From: Ptychomitrium polyphyllum
Taxonomy: Eukaryota
Assembly (NCBI GenBank): GCA_973851085.1
Contig: OZ316776.1
Location: 13,020,001 to 13,084,000, forward strand
DNA length: 64,000 bases
Reading direction: 5' to 3'
The first letter of the stretch is position 1. Each line of letters begins with the position of its first letter. A model generated the notes under the pieces. That model searched no databases and was not told the origin of the DNA. It saw nothing but the letters and a program-made list of their open reading frames with translations. The translations under genes and the position numbers were made by a program. Positions 27,801-41,482 of the stretch are shown here, in pieces.

Positions 27801-29517
27801 TCAAAACACAAGCTCGTGTGGCTTGATACCAGACTTCAAACTAAACCTGGAACTCAAGTAAGTTTTCAACTCTGGGACTGCTTCAATGAGAGGGATCAGC
27901 TTAGCGTCAATTGCCTTCTGGTCATCCTTCTTCTCCTCTGGTATAGAGACGCCCTCCTTCTGCATTAACATAATACAGTACACGTAAAATCAGAAATACG
28001 ATATAGTTGTGAAAGGTGTTGTAAATACAGCGGTGCCGGCATGTTACACTACGCTTGTCCACTCAAATCTAGAAACCAATGCGTGTAGCTCAAATTTTAT
28101 TTACCTCCTTCTCAGCTTCAAAAAACTCAGACTCTCCCTTCTTCTTCTTGGTCACCTCCCTCTTGAAGTAGGAATCAGAGTACTTGGCAACATCAACAGA
28201 TGGGATATCGATCTTTGTCGACGTCGCAATTACGTAAGCCTGGTTCACTCTCCTCAATGGAACACCATTGACCTTGAACGGTCCTGTATTCCAATGAAAT
28301 AAAAATTCAGACCCTCCGTCCAACACCAAGACCCACAAGAAAGACAAACATACACTGCCTGCACTCAAGTAAACCTAACAATGTAAGCTGATCTAAATCA
28401 CTTTCTGAAAGCCAATTTTAAATCTTTTTTCCAAAAATCCACTTGTCTTACTAAGAAATTATTCAGACGTACTGCATGTAACAAAATTTCAGATACATGA
28501 AGTATCAACAATCAAGGCGCACGGGAACTATAACCTTTTACACCGACACAATTAATTGACAAAGTCTACATCAAGATAACCAACTGGCTAATAGAGAATA
28601 AACCATCAAATAATGGACCTCTTGATCATTAGAAACCTCCGAAATAACGAATTTCACCTACGAAAAACCCATAACCAGGTCATGTATGAAAGAATTACTC
28701 ACCCGTGACCAAAAGAAGCCCAGATTCCAACTGCTTCAGGAACACCACGCGTTTTCCCTTGAAGTGACCAGCCAACAAAATTAAAATGGTCCCAGGAGTG
28801 ATACTTGACCTGCACGTTCCAAAACAAGTTAAGTCAACAGATTATTAAGCCACTGCAAGAGTCACCCAATACATGACCCGATCACAACCACCTGTATACT
28901 ACCATTCCGCAACCCAGCTTGAATGCTATCTGCCCCTCACATGGCCAAAACCAACTTCCTCATTTCTAAGAAGATTGCACATAGCAGGAATTCCAGAACA
29001 TAGACCATTGCAATACAGGGGAGAAACCTAAATCTCAACACTAAACCTACTTATAATAACAAAAGAGCCATAACTTACAAGCTTACACATTCTTAGACCA
29101 TGTAAAAATCAAAACGCCGCACTTCGACATTCCAAACCTAAACCCTTAGTAGGTTCCAACCGAAGAAAACTACGTCAACAAAACCACCAAACTCCATCAT
29201 CCTAGTGTTAAGAGACTCGAAGAGAACGAAACCGAATCAAAACTAAACCCTAACTCCCAGTCTCACCTCAATTTGGGCGCGTTGACGACCTTGTTCTTGT
29301 GCAGCGGCTTCTTCACATCATCAGCAGGGTAGAACTTGGGAGCTCGCACAGCGGGCACCTCAGTAGCCGCGGCCTTCTGGTGGGTCGGGAAGGTGCCACC
29401 ATTTTTGGCCTTGATTGCCCACAAGCCGCGCTTGTGGTACGTCTTCGACCTGCCGCTGCGGCCGATGCCCCGCACGAGCTCCTTCTTCCCGCTGGCTTTC
29501 ACGGCCTTGGGCGCCAT
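27801..29517 (-). CDS. RPL6: 60S ribosomal protein L6 (eL6)
   Basis: Exons 29517-29267, 28809-28703, 28283-28105, 27959-27801. Motifs [81 protein letters not shown] and KPHELVF*. Probable 5'UTR intron 29527-29628. Confidence 0.97.
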
Positions 29518-29644
29518 TGTGAAGGACTGGGGCAAGGAAAAAGCACTGCACTCAACTGCTGCGACACTGCAGCTCCCACTCCGGCGTCGGGGAAAAAAAA
29601 GGGCCGACTACATGCGCTTCCGCTCACTTTAACCCTTGAGCGCC

Positions 29645-29652
29645 AAACCCTA
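29645..29652. promoter_or_regulatory. Telo-box (AAACCCTA) near the RPL6 5' end, with a site II-like TGGGCC at about 29813-29818
   Basis: Exact AAACCCTA. Telo-box plus site II is the known cis-module of plant ribosomal protein genes. It lies in the divergent RPL6/RH47 interval. Confidence 0.6.
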
Positions 29653-30648
29653 GCACGACGAACGCAACCACCACCACAGACCGCCCTCATCCGCCGCTCT
29701 TCATCCGTCACTGACCCCTCCAAGAGCTGCGTTTTGTTTCGCCCGGGCAGCCTTCTCCTTGGGCAGCGGCAGCTCCGCGTCCCTGTCCCTGTCCCTGTCC
29801 CACACCCACACTTGGGCCAGGTGATGCTCACCTACCAAAAACTAGTTCACTCTTAAACTTGTTTTTCGTTGCACGTTGTTAAGATGCACATCAGAGCCGT
29901 GCCTTGCTTCTTTCAGGGTTCGTTGTCTTGTGGCAGTCTTTACATGTTTGTAAGCTTGTGTTTCACATGCGCAGGTTGTGGCTTGATTAACATAACCTTT
30001 CAACTCCTAGGCAACCAACTCCAAGGCAGCCGTCTTGGCCAGACTTCGTTGCTATCCTGGCGACTCCTGAGTGATCTGGCCACTGTCCACTCCCGAGAGC
30101 AAAGCAACAAAACAAAATGTGACTGGTACACATGACACCGAAAACACCAGGTGAGAAATGTGTTCCAGTGAAGATTGAGAGAATTTGAGACTCATGCCTT
30201 CATGCATATACCGCTGCATATTGTTGGAATCCCACTTTCCAAAGTAAAAGTGAGTTGCTCCAAGTGCTGAAGAATGTTATGCTAACATCAACACAAGAAC
30301 ACCTGAAATGCATCAATGAGCAGCACATGAGCAGCTCATCCGCATGTCAGGGGGAGCTGATGAGCGGATGAGCGGATGAAAGCTCGTTGCTGCCCAAGAG
30401 GATAAAGAAAAGAAAGGCAGCCCGTAGCTCAAATAAAAGAACTGCAACGCTTAGAGGGGTTCATTACGGAGACTCCCAAGTTAGGTTGTTTGGAGTTCAT
30501 CGTGATCTTCACGCCGGTTGCGTTCAGTTGTGAATTCAACTTGGTGGTTCGTTTTGCTGATTCAATTTGTCTGTCGGGTGTTTTCAGGACTTTCTTGTAG
30601 GGTTTTCCAGTGGGTTCGTGAGCATGTAGGGTGAAGCAGGGGCAACAA

Positions 30649-33164
30649 ATGGCGTTGTCCATCTCCATGCGTGCCAGTGTAAGGCCACTGTCGCCATGTG
30701 TACACCGAGCGCTTGCGCAGCTGAGCCACCCCACACGGCTCTGCTCTCTGCATTTCGCTTGTAACTCGACCGTCAAGTTTGGCTCCTCTGTGGGCGATGC
30801 CGCTACTAGTAGTTCTAGTAGCGAATTCTACGACGGCGGGCTGTCACTTCCCATGCTGGACAGTGTGGTCGATAGGGCGGTTAGGCAGAAGGCGAGCGTG
30901 AAGGTGAAGGTGGTTGCGAGAGCAGCTCCTGTGGATCTGCGCTCGTTTCCGTTCGCGGAGAAGCACTTCTCCGCACTTAATCTCTCGAGGCGCGTGTTGC
31001 AGAGGTTGAAGCAGGAGATGCTGGAACTTCCCACTGATGTACAGGTTTGTGTTTCATTTCGCTCCCTAGTCAAGGCTCGGGTGGCCTGTGGCCTCTTGTA
31101 GTCGTTAAATGCATCGTTTGTTCTCATCTGAAACAGTTTCTGCCCATGCCTGCATATCTTACCGTGGAGAATTTCGAAGTTGAGTACCCTTTGAAGGGTT
31201 TGTAACAGCCCAGTTGTATGGAATTTGGAACATGGAAGGTCGCATGTGATTACTATAGCCACCGTTTCGTTTGTTACGAACACACTGTTGCAGTCCACTT
31301 TGTTAGTACTCGAAGACACTTTATCTCTCTGATTCTTAATTCTCAAAATCTGTGGTTTTACACACTTTGAATATCGCATGCTGATGAACAGGTAGCAGCA
31401 ATTCCTACAATTCTGGAAGGGTATGATGCAGCACTGCAGTCTTACACAGGATCCGGCAAAACTTTAGCTTATTTACTCCCTGTGCTCTCGCGAGTTGGGC
31501 CTTTGAGGGAGCTGGCTGAAGGGGAGCAGGCCATTACGCAAGATACCATTAACAGGGGTGGCGTTGAAGCTGTGATTGTGGTTCCTTCACGAGAACTAGC
31601 TATGCAGATTGTCAGGGAGGCTGAACGCATTTTAGGGCCTGATTATAAGAAAGTTGTGCAGCAGTTAATTGGTGGTGCTAATCAAAACCGGCAGGAGGAA
31701 GCTTTGAAGAAGAACAAGCCTTGCATAGTAGTTGGAACACCAGGGAGAATTTCTGAGATCAGCAAAGCAGGAAAACTGCATACTCACGGTTGCCGATTTT
31801 TGGTCCTTGATGAAGCAGACCAATTGCTTTCAATTAAGTTCCGTAGTGACATGCGCAGGATACTGGAGCATGTGGGGCAACGACGCAGTGTACCAGTTGT
31901 TAAGCCCACTGTTTCTGTAGCTCTACCTGAACCCGAGTCAAGTGAAGCAACTCAAGTTCCGGAAAAGAACTCGGCATCACCACCAAAGAGGTATGAAAAG
32001 AATTCTCACTGATATTTACTCCTCTATTATGTGTTAATTGGCTGGGGCTCTTGGATAATACAATTGAGATAGCAGTGATTCTTAGGGGTCTGAAATCACG
32101 TTCAAATAGCTCTGGATGTGGCATAGATCATTGTGTTAGCTTTTGCTGATCATACACTTGAGTTGGTTGCTTCCAGCTTTGTATGACATTTCTTACTTAA
32201 TCTCCGATGATTTCCCTGTTTTTGTCGTTACAGAAGGGTGGAGCGCCAGACGATCTTGGTGTCTGCAACAATGCCGGCAGCAGTTTTAAGAGCGGCCGCC
32301 ATATGGGGTCATCGGCCTCTTCTAGTTCGAGCCCAATCTATCATACAGGTTGAAGATTATAGACCGGAATCATCGTCCATCGATCCTGTCACCAAAGAGT
32401 TATCTAGTGCTTCTCCGGATTTACAAGGGGCAAGGGAAAGCTTACCTCCTAATCTGGATCATTTCTTCGTGGTGGCACCTTTGAGACACCATGTTGATAT
32501 TTTGAGAAAGAGCATTCATGCTCTGGAAGCACGCTCTGTTATTGTATTTCTGAACCACTCTCGCCGTTTGAAAGACGTTGAGTTCAAGCTGGAAGCAAGA
32601 GGCCTTGCTGCAGGTACTGTCTATCCTGAACTATTCTTTTTGACTGCCGTCTGATAATTGAAGGTTATTTTCCTTTATGTTGTATGCGGCCGATGCAAAC
32701 CTGGGTGTGCATCAGTTTTTTTTTTTGGCTGAGATGCATTTTGGAGAGATTCTAAGCGTTCATTTTGTGGGGCAGGCTCACTTCATGGAGAACTGAACAA
32801 AATGGAGAGGTCTAATATCCTGAACTCTTTTCGTAATGGAAAACTGCGAATTCTGGTGACAAGTGAAGTTGGGGCTAGAGGCTTAGACATTCCCGGCTGT
32901 GACCTCGTTGTCAACCTGGAGCTGCCAACAGATGGATCACATTATGCACACAGAGGTGGTCGCACAGGTCGACTGGGTCGCAAGGGTACAGTGATATCAG
33001 TGTGCGAAGCAAGGGAAGAGTTCGTGCTGAGTAAATTCGAACGGCAGTTGGACGTATCTATCCCCAGACATGAGATTGTGGATGGTAGGATTGTCAGGTA
33101 CTCGAAGCAAACAAATCCAAATTTGAATCCAAGCAAGAGAAGCCCTGAACTTGCCACTCCATGA
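30649..33164 (+). CDS. RH47: DEAD-box RNA helicase, RH47/ISE1-like (organellar)
   Basis: Exons 30649-31044, 31392-31990, 32234-32613, 32776-33164. Q motif PTDVQ, SYTGSGKT, PSRELA, GTPGRI, LHTHGCRFLVLDEAD, SAT, ARGLD and YAHRGGRTGR. The Ser/Arg-rich N-terminus resembles a transit peptide. Confidence 0.9.
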
Positions 33165-34289
33165 GCGAAAGTTTTGTTTTTAGTGGTCATAACAATTAGA
33201 CCAGCCAATGTGAAAGCATCTGGGAGGATGCAAATATGTTGTTATGACAGACTAATCCTCCCCGTGTCCGACTTAAGCAATTCCTGATTCTTTATACTTT
33301 TACGCAAGAAGATTTTTATGAATTCACATTGTTTCTAATTTTCTGGGTGCTATGAAGTTAAAGCTGTTGCACTCGCTAGCTCACTGCTGTGCTCATCGGT
33401 TTGTCAGCATCAATGCGCCATTTTGGCTAATTTAGGTTTGTCCAATGGCATCAGACTAGAACCCTTGGTTCTGGTGGGACTTCCTATACAGTGGATTTGC
33501 TTCACATTCATTAAGTTTGGTTGATTTCAGTTTGGTACAGCTGAACTGCATGCTCCTGTGTGGGATATGCATGCAAGGTGTTTTTCTAGGGGGATGGACT
33601 CCACTCAATTCAGCTAAGAACTTGTGGGGAGCTGAGTGCTTGTAGCAAATATTGGGAGTTTAAAATGCAACAATTAACCCTAATTGTTTTCTCAGAAACT
33701 CTCAAGCATTAAGATTCTCAATCTTTCAACTTTTAATTTTAGTACTCTACTACTGTATCTCTTGCCTAACTGACTGTTTTATTTTCTATTTGCATGTATG
33801 GTCCTATGCACATGAATACTTTGAACAACTGTATGGGCAGAAGCCATCAATCAAGATACTTTACAGTAGCAGTATTGTTGTAGGATACACGTAAGCACAA
33901 GCTTGTTTTTATAAAAAAATTGCACAATATCTTTTGGGTGTTGCAAATCAGAGTCATCAGATCAAGTCATCTTGAATCAATGTAAAGGCAGGCTTATAGG
34001 GACAGTGGACAAATTGCATCTCCACCCAAGGCACTAAAATTCTTTTTATTCATATCGAATTTGTACTTGAAAGTATAATTGTTGGAAGCGCATTAAAAAT
34101 CACAGTGAATTCACAAACAAAATTTAGAGTTTGACCAAATTATGTGTGTTGGAAGGCAATTCATAATCGTTCAGGAGGTTAGTCTTCATGGTTCAATTAA
34201 AAAAAACCAAACTCAATTTTGACTTACTAAATGGTTTATTGGAACTTGTTTTGATATTCTTTTCACCATGAAGAAGTTGCTAGTTGTGA

Positions 34290-34331
34290 TTTCTAAAAAC
34301 CTCAAGCTACTTTCTAAAAACCTCAAGCTAC
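34290..34331. repeat. Perfect 21-bp tandem duplication
   Basis: TTTCTAAAAACCTCAAGCTAC x2. Confidence 0.85.
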
Positions 34332-35638
34332 TTCAGCAATGCTTTATTAGCCTTTACATTCCAACTCTAAGGAGTGGTTTTGTTGCAAAGCTACAGGTTT
34401 CAAGACTTGTATTAAGTCTATACTAACATTGGAAATAAACACAAATAGAACAAAAAGAATATTTGTTAGTAAATATTTTTTCAAAAAGTTAGTTCCAAAT
34501 GTTTTAAGATTTTACTAATTGAGTGAAGATATACAACCTTATAAATACTACTTTTATCATTGGATAAATATTGAATTATATTGAAGGAAGATCAAAAACA
34601 TTTATTCAATATGAACAAATAAAATTATAATGCAATGAGTATAGCAATTCTTAAATCTTAATATTTTATTCTATGCATTTCAACTTGTTTTTGTAGAATT
34701 GTACGCTTATTAGATTATTTCATTCATTTCCACTTTAAAATATCTATCGATATAGTTTGTTACTCTATAACATCAATTTTCTAATAGACTAGATCCATTT
34801 CTTTTTTTTCTTATTCTTTTACCATAACAAGTATCATACCTTATCACACTCTCTTCTCTTGTTCCTTTTTACTTCTTTCCTTTTTAATACATTTTTTATG
34901 TCTCTTGTGCTATCTTTTCATATTTTTTTCTTCTCTCTCCTCCTTCTTCTCTCTTTTCACTATTTCTCCCATTTTATTTTTGTTTATTTAGTTTTTTCCT
35001 TTACAATTTCTCATTAGTTCGACATTAATTTAGTGATGATATGGAAACGCATGATGTTCTAGGGCCCTAGTATGTTTTAAAGGAGCTATGGATTAGCATC
35101 AATACAAGGAAGTCTCAATGGACATGGTGATAAGATATACAGTCTCCATCCTGCATTTTTGATTTTTCAACAAAACAATGCAGATGTACGTATAACAGAA
35201 GACATGCTCCAATGATTTCAGTCACAAGAATCTGATCTTCTTCAATGGCTTGCACACTCTAAACCCAATTCAGCACCTTACCAAAATATTCAAAAGACCT
35301 CCAAATCAATATGAAACTCCTCCAAGAAGAATATTAAAATTGTGGAAGCGTGTTAAGAATTGTTGGATAATATCCTCAGAGGTTGTAGGAGAGTATGCCA
35401 AGTCATATCCAAATGGTCAAACAATTAGGGTCTTCGCAAGGCCGGATGCAAAACTGTGTCACAGTCAGAATCTCCTAAAGACATAATCCTCTTGAACATA
35501 CTAATGTGCCAAAGACTGCTGTTTTCCTAACTAATATGCAACTCACTAGAGCAATCATCTACCACAACGTAAGGTTTGTGAGAAATTGTCCTCAATGTCC
35601 TAAACCTTGATTGAGTGAACTTGGGCTTAGTTGTGCTC

Positions 35639-35667
35639 GGCACTAACTTAGGCACTAACTTAGGCAC
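35639..35667. repeat. 12-bp tandem repeat upstream of APH1
   Basis: GGCACTAACTTA x2 plus a partial third copy. Confidence 0.75.
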
Positions 35668-36113
35668 CAACGTGAGAGGTGCTGCTGACGTGGATGCTGT
35701 TGACTTCAAAAGCAGAGCCTTGAAAGGGCGGCTTACCAAAGCACACGACGACTCCACCCGAGCTCCCCCGGGTACTATAGCAGTACTAATACGGGTATCT
35801 CACCGTAACCTGCGGGTATCATCCAGTGGGCGAGCGCAGTGCCGACAGCGAAGTGGCTCGTTTGAGAGAGGATCCGGGAGAGAGGCGTTGCCACAAGCAA
35901 GCCCATGGCTGCCAGGCATCCATGCTTCGAGTGATTGCGCTCTCTCGCAGCGTACATGGAGTTTCTGAGCAGTCGCACCTTGCAGCGCTGTGATGGGAGA
36001 GCTTTGAATCGCGCAGTCTCGACGAGAATCGCGCCCGGGAGCTTAATCTGCAGGGACAGTGTGCCGGGGTAAGGAAGAGCGCAGTTTGAGAAAGGAGGAG
36101 GTGGCGAGGGAGG

Positions 36114-38175
36114 ATGGGTTTGGTTGCGGGGTTTGGTTACTTCTTGATTGCTCTCGGCCCGGCGCTCACCATCTTTACCTCTGCGATTGCGCCGAAGCCG
36201 TTCCTCATCCTCGCCGTGCTTGCCAGGTTGGTGGGTTCGGTTCGCTATCTTTTCCGAGTTGGGTTTCTTTTTCTGTGTCCAATCTGTTCTGTTGGTTTGG
36301 AGGGTTTAAGGGTTTACTGGTTGGGGAGAGTCTGCTTTGGAAAGATTCTGGTCGCAACATGCGTTTCATTGTGGGTGTAGAGCGTTGCAGAGATTGAAAG
36401 GATTGCAAGAAGCGGGGTCCATTGCTTTGGTTCCGGTGAAGCGCATTTTTAGTGTCTGTGTTTTTAAGTGTAGGGTTTCTTTTCTTGGGGTTGGATTCAG
36501 TCTAGGGTTTGTTTGAATGTGTTGAGGTGTCTGATCAGAATTTTTACAGGCAGGATTGTTGTTAGGCTCTGATCGCGATGAATTGATTATGAGCGTTGGA
36601 TCATTTTTCTGTACAGTGCTCATGATCGCCTGTCAGTTTAAGGTGGTGGCTTCAACTAGGATCGTCTGACGAGGTGTTCCAGTCAGTGCGAATGACGTTG
36701 TCTTTTAGGTTTAGGGTTTCACAGTTGGGGAGGTATGGGAATTTGTCTAACGAAGGGAAGCGGATTTCTTGCAGTGCTTTGGTATGGCTGTTGAGTCTGA
36801 TTGCTGCTTCCATCGTGTGGAGGGCGTTTCTTCCGGGACCCTCGTGGGTGTTCCTCCTGATGTTGATCACTACTGTTGCACTTCAAGAAGTTGTCAGAGT
36901 TCAGTACTGGCACTTATACTTGTAAGTCTCATGTGGTGGTGGTTTACGCCTCATACTTAATGAGAGTATTGAGAGTTAAGAAGTTGCTAGTTTTCTAGGG
37001 TTTATTCATCATAAGGAGCTAAATTTTTGCATAAATTTGAGGTTCATGTTGATGAGGCACACGGGTTTTCAAGGTTGTCATGCGATGTTAACTGTATTCC
37101 ACGATGTTAACCTGCAGGAAAATAGAGAAGAGTTTGAATGTGTTAGCATCGAAGCTTCGAAAGCCCCAGCTTAACTACATCGACAGACTCGAAATTGCTC
37201 TTGGTACGCTTTCATCAATGGTGTTCCTAGAGTTTATCACACGATCTGTAGGTTTACGTAATTTGAGCAGAGTTGTACTCTGAATGTTACATTGTGTTTT
37301 TGGCTAGTTTGACCCAGTCTCTGGTGAAAGGCAGGTGGTAATCGTTTCTCTGCATTACGAGCTTTTGGAAGCTTGAAACATCTGTAGCTGAATATGTTAT
37401 GTTTGAACAACAGCCAGTGGGGTTGGACATGGAGCAGCTCATGCTATATTCTTTGGCTTGAGTATTATTGGACCTGCTTTTGGCCCAGCTACGTACTACA
37501 CTGAAAGCTGCAAGCGGATGCCCCTTTTTCTTGTCGCAGGTATCCCTCTCTGTGCATATGATTGGGTCGTAATGTTCTCTTATTTGCATTATTTCTCCAA
37601 GAGTAGTTAGATACTTTGCAGCTTTTATGTACGTGACCATGCGTGAAACACGGGTCCAAATCATTGTCGATCACGCGTTGACATATATGGTCCCTTGTGC
37701 ATTGTTATGTGAACCTGCAGCCTTGACTACTCTAGCGTTCTTTCTTCTTCATACCTTCTCGATGCTCATTACCTTCAATGCCTACACAAACAGCGAGCGT
37801 TCTCAACAACTATTTGTGCCCGTCATGCATCTTGGTGCATCCCTTTTGGTATGATTGTCTTGGACCATTTTTGATGATATTATCACATTATGCATGTTCT
37901 GACGAGCTCAAGTCCTGGTTGCTTACTACTGTGCGTGGGTATCTCTTGTAGCTTCTCAGCTTATGCACAATCTGGCGCTGGTATACTTTTTGATATGTGT
38001 CTTTGTTGATGTGCAGACCCTCATTAATCTGCTCCCGAATGGATGCATAGCCGGTGTTCCACTAGTTTTTTTTTGTGCAGTGTTGACCATCGCGTTCGGT
38101 GGAAAAATTGTGTGGGACAATGTGGGCTCCAACTCCTTGAACCTTGGCGGCTTAGATGCAAGGCAGGCTTCATGA
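36114..38175 (+). CDS. APH1: Gamma-secretase subunit APH-1
   Basis: Exons 36114-36226, 36775-36921, 37118-37203, 37414-37539, 37721-37848, 38017-38175. MGLVAGFGYFLIALGPAL start, LQEVVR, IALASGVGHGAAHA (GxxxG-type TM4), GPATYYTESC, and conserved His in LLHTFSM and VMHLGAS. Multi-pass membrane protein. Confidence 0.93.
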
Positions 38176-39497
38176 TCATGTACATACATTCCAAATTTGG
38201 TCTTCCCATTTGCCCACGCCAGGTCCATTTAAATTCAATCGTAAACCTGGACTCAACTTTGGAAGAGACAAATGCAATCTCTGAAATGGCATAGTCTTCA
38301 GTGTTTTAGAGGGGAGAGTGCGACTGCATCAGAGATGAGGTGACACTGGTTGCTTAACTTATCAGTTTCGTTTCTGAAACCTGGTCCTGCTTAATTAGTT
38401 AGAGATTGCCTCGGACAAAGAGGTGAACATACACAGCAGCGTGTTGACAAACATCTCATTTGACGTGAGAGATTTCATCACATTGACATACAAGGAAGAC
38501 GAATTGTGAATATGATAGAATTGCGAGTGTCCTGATCTGGATTAACTTAAGGCCGACGCCAATCAGGCGGCGGAAGTTTTGTCATTGAATTGAAGATTGT
38601 ACTTAATTGCTGACCAACGTGCCAGTTAACCGATGTCTCTACTGTATCCGAGTACACTTGTGTAACATGGTCCACTTAATGGGTTTGTCATATAGTGAAG
38701 CTGTCCTGTAACTTGCTGGTCAGTATTACTCACGTGAGCAATTTTCGTTATATGGAATTTTTCTGCACATTGTTTACAGCAACGAAAGCCTAGTCATCAA
38801 GAACAGCGCTCCGGATCCCCCATGATTCAGCATTGTTACAGCTTGCACAACCTGCCCGGGTGATGAAACTTCGGCGACGGATTGTTGACGTGACTTTATT
38901 GCCCAGCTTGCAACATCGAAGTTGTCACAAAAATTTCTTCTCGAGGGGTTTTATTTGATTTTGTCCGAAGTCGTGAAGTGAAGAGAGGGGTCTGCTTCGA
39001 CACACATGCCCGAGGTGCGGCTACACTACTCCTTAAATCTACAGCAGATCCAACATTTGTCAAAGAAAACTCTACTACCAGAGCTGCGAGTAGTTGCAGC
39101 TGGACAAAAATCCCCTCCCAGGCATCCTCATTCTTAATGCTGGACTAGATGCGGTCAAGCGAGGCTCTCAGTCCGTAAAGCATCTGGACTAACAGAGTGT
39201 CAGGCCAGGAAGTCCCTGCCTTGTAGCACTCGGCATTCTCCAATCGGTATGGCCGTGCATAGATTTGGTATTCTTAGAAGCTTGAAGAGCTTTAGGACTT
39301 GCGCACACGAAACCAAGGTGCAGGTGTTCTACCTCATCTGTAAACAGCTTAACTATTGATTGATGAAAGGCTTTGGTTTGGTCGACGAAATGCAGAGATT
39401 TGGAGTCTCTCTGTTTCAAAGTCTCGACCGTTTTGGATATAACAGAGGTTCGTGACAGCACATGTGTGCCCGAATTCATGAAGCCAGGGGAAAGGTT

Positions 39498-39625
39498 TAT
39501 ATTGTTCTATGTATTGTTTGTATATTGTTCTATGTATTGTTTGTATATTGTTCTATGTATTGTTTGTACATTGTTCTATGTATTGTTTCTACATTGTTCT
39601 ATGTATTGTTTCTACATTGTTCTAT
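39498..39625. repeat. 23-bp minisatellite, about 5.6 copies
   Basis: TATATTGTTCTATGTATTGTTTG x3, then TACATTGTTCTATGTATTGTTTC x2, then a partial copy. It explains the spurious repetitive ORFs at 39373-39765. Confidence 0.95.
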
Positions 39626-41393
39626 TCAATCTATTTATTCATCTTTTTACACCTTTATTATTGTACAATTTTGCATGGTATCAAAGCAGTGGATATAACC
39701 ATGTCCAATTGATACAACATTTTTATTCTTCAAGAGACGGGAGATTAAGTCTCATTGCATCTTAGAGTACACTTTGTTCAACTCTAGAGAGATGAGTAAT
39801 AAAGATGAAGAAGTATGTGGTTGAAATTGAGTTATATTGGCAAATGTTTCAAATACTATTGGTCTTTGGTTAGCTTCTTTTTTATTATTAATATAATTTG
39901 ATGGTACTAAAGGTTTTGTAAATTGATGTCAATTTCCTAACTATGGATTGGATTTTAACTAACCTCAATACCTTTGTTTTTATATTTTTTATGGATGTGG
40001 CGGTAAACAATTTCAATATGGTTTATTTAGTTGTGAGTTAATGTTCATTAACTGTAATTGGTGTTTTGGACTGAATCCAATAGAACCCAAAACTTTGCTT
40101 CTATTGAAAATAGAACTATAGTAGGTTGTAATTTACTTGATTAGGACAATAAGAGCTGAAACTAATTTATATAGGTTTTTTGAAGTGGTTTTTTTGGAAT
40201 GAACATTTTTTTTCCAATTGGTATTTGTAAAGGTAAATATTCTTTTTTAATTGTTTGATGAAATGAAGATATTTAAGTCTAATAAACTTGTAAGGTACTG
40301 AAGGATTTTCTTAACAATAATTAAATAATTCATTGTAAAACAGTTTTGTATTGTAAACTTTTCTAGGTGCATAGTAAATGTCACACTTGCTTATAATTGC
40401 ATGCAATAAATCCTTTAGCTATGCTTGAACAAATTTAAAGGTTTATGACTAATATTCTTATTTCCTTTGGTTTTGATATCCACTGGGATGCTAAAAAGCT
40501 TCTAGTTTGCTAGATTACATCTTTTTAATAAATTTTCTATGTTTTGTATCTGAATTATTAACCATCTAACTTTGGATGCAAATATTTCAATAAATCTATG
40601 GATTTTTTTAAGTTTGTAGCCTCTTAATACTAATTTAGCTTAATTTTTTTTTGGATTTTTTACTAAATTCAGGTTTAGCTTTGAAGGTAAAAACAATTAA
40701 TATTGATGACTTTCCATTTGTTTAAATATACCAATTTCCATATTTTACTTTTCTTTACCAAATGTATTTTCTAATAAAAACATCTTTCCATCTTGTTTGT
40801 TATTTTGTCCTTGCAAATTTGTTAAGTTTAAATTTTTAAACAAATACTAAATAAGTGATTGTCTTTTGTTTTAGACTGCAGTTTCAATTTCTAATGAAAT
40901 GCATTTTATGTTGTATTTTTCTAAAGTTATTTACAATTGTACTTGGCAAGTTTAATTGTAGTTCTATTATTATCTTCTTCATAATATTTATTAATAAATT
41001 AATTTAATGACTATGAGGGTTTTAACTAAGACTTGAAGTTTCAATGCCTTCTATATTAGCAATTGTTTGTATAGATTTTTGGAATAGTAAGAAATTATCA
41101 ACTATGATTTCTTTAAATTTTCTTAGATTTGAATCAAATGTTATTTTGTCAAAATTTACATCTTTATTGAGGTGAATTTCAAATGCAAGGTTTAAAGATT
41201 CTAAAAGATTTACTTTAATTATTATATCTTAAAAAGAAAATTTGTTTTGTTATTCTTTATTATTTAGAACAATTTTTTCATAGAATGTGTAGGTGAACAA
41301 TAAATCCAAAATACATGTATATGATTTATTTTTGGTTTAATGTTGAAGTGCTCCTTTTGTGGTATAATATTATTGTAATTCTAAGCTTTTAGT

Positions 41394-41482
41394 TGATTCT
41401 ATTGAATTGTATTGTAATCATGAATTGTAATGAACAATTGTGATGATTCTATTGTTCATTACAATACAATTGAATAGAATCA
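41394..41482. repeat. AT-rich imperfect inverted repeat (hairpin) flanked by related direct repeats
   Basis: TGATTCTATTGAATTGTATTGTAAT (41394-41418) pairs with ATTACAATACAATTGAATAGAATCA (41458-41482) with one mismatch. An inner GAACAAT/ATTGTTC pair extends the stem. Confidence 0.8.

Noticed and set aside
37540..37720. Possible U12-type intron in APH1 (GTATCCCT donor)
   Set aside because: The donor mismatches the GTATCCTT consensus and there is no TCCTTAAC-like branch site. Similar motifs at 25229, 25560 and 63547 lie inside introns, not at exon ends.
39373..39765. Hydrophobic repetitive ORFs / possible CRISPR-like array
   Set aside because: They are translations of a 23-bp tandem repeat with no unique spacers, in a eukaryotic context.
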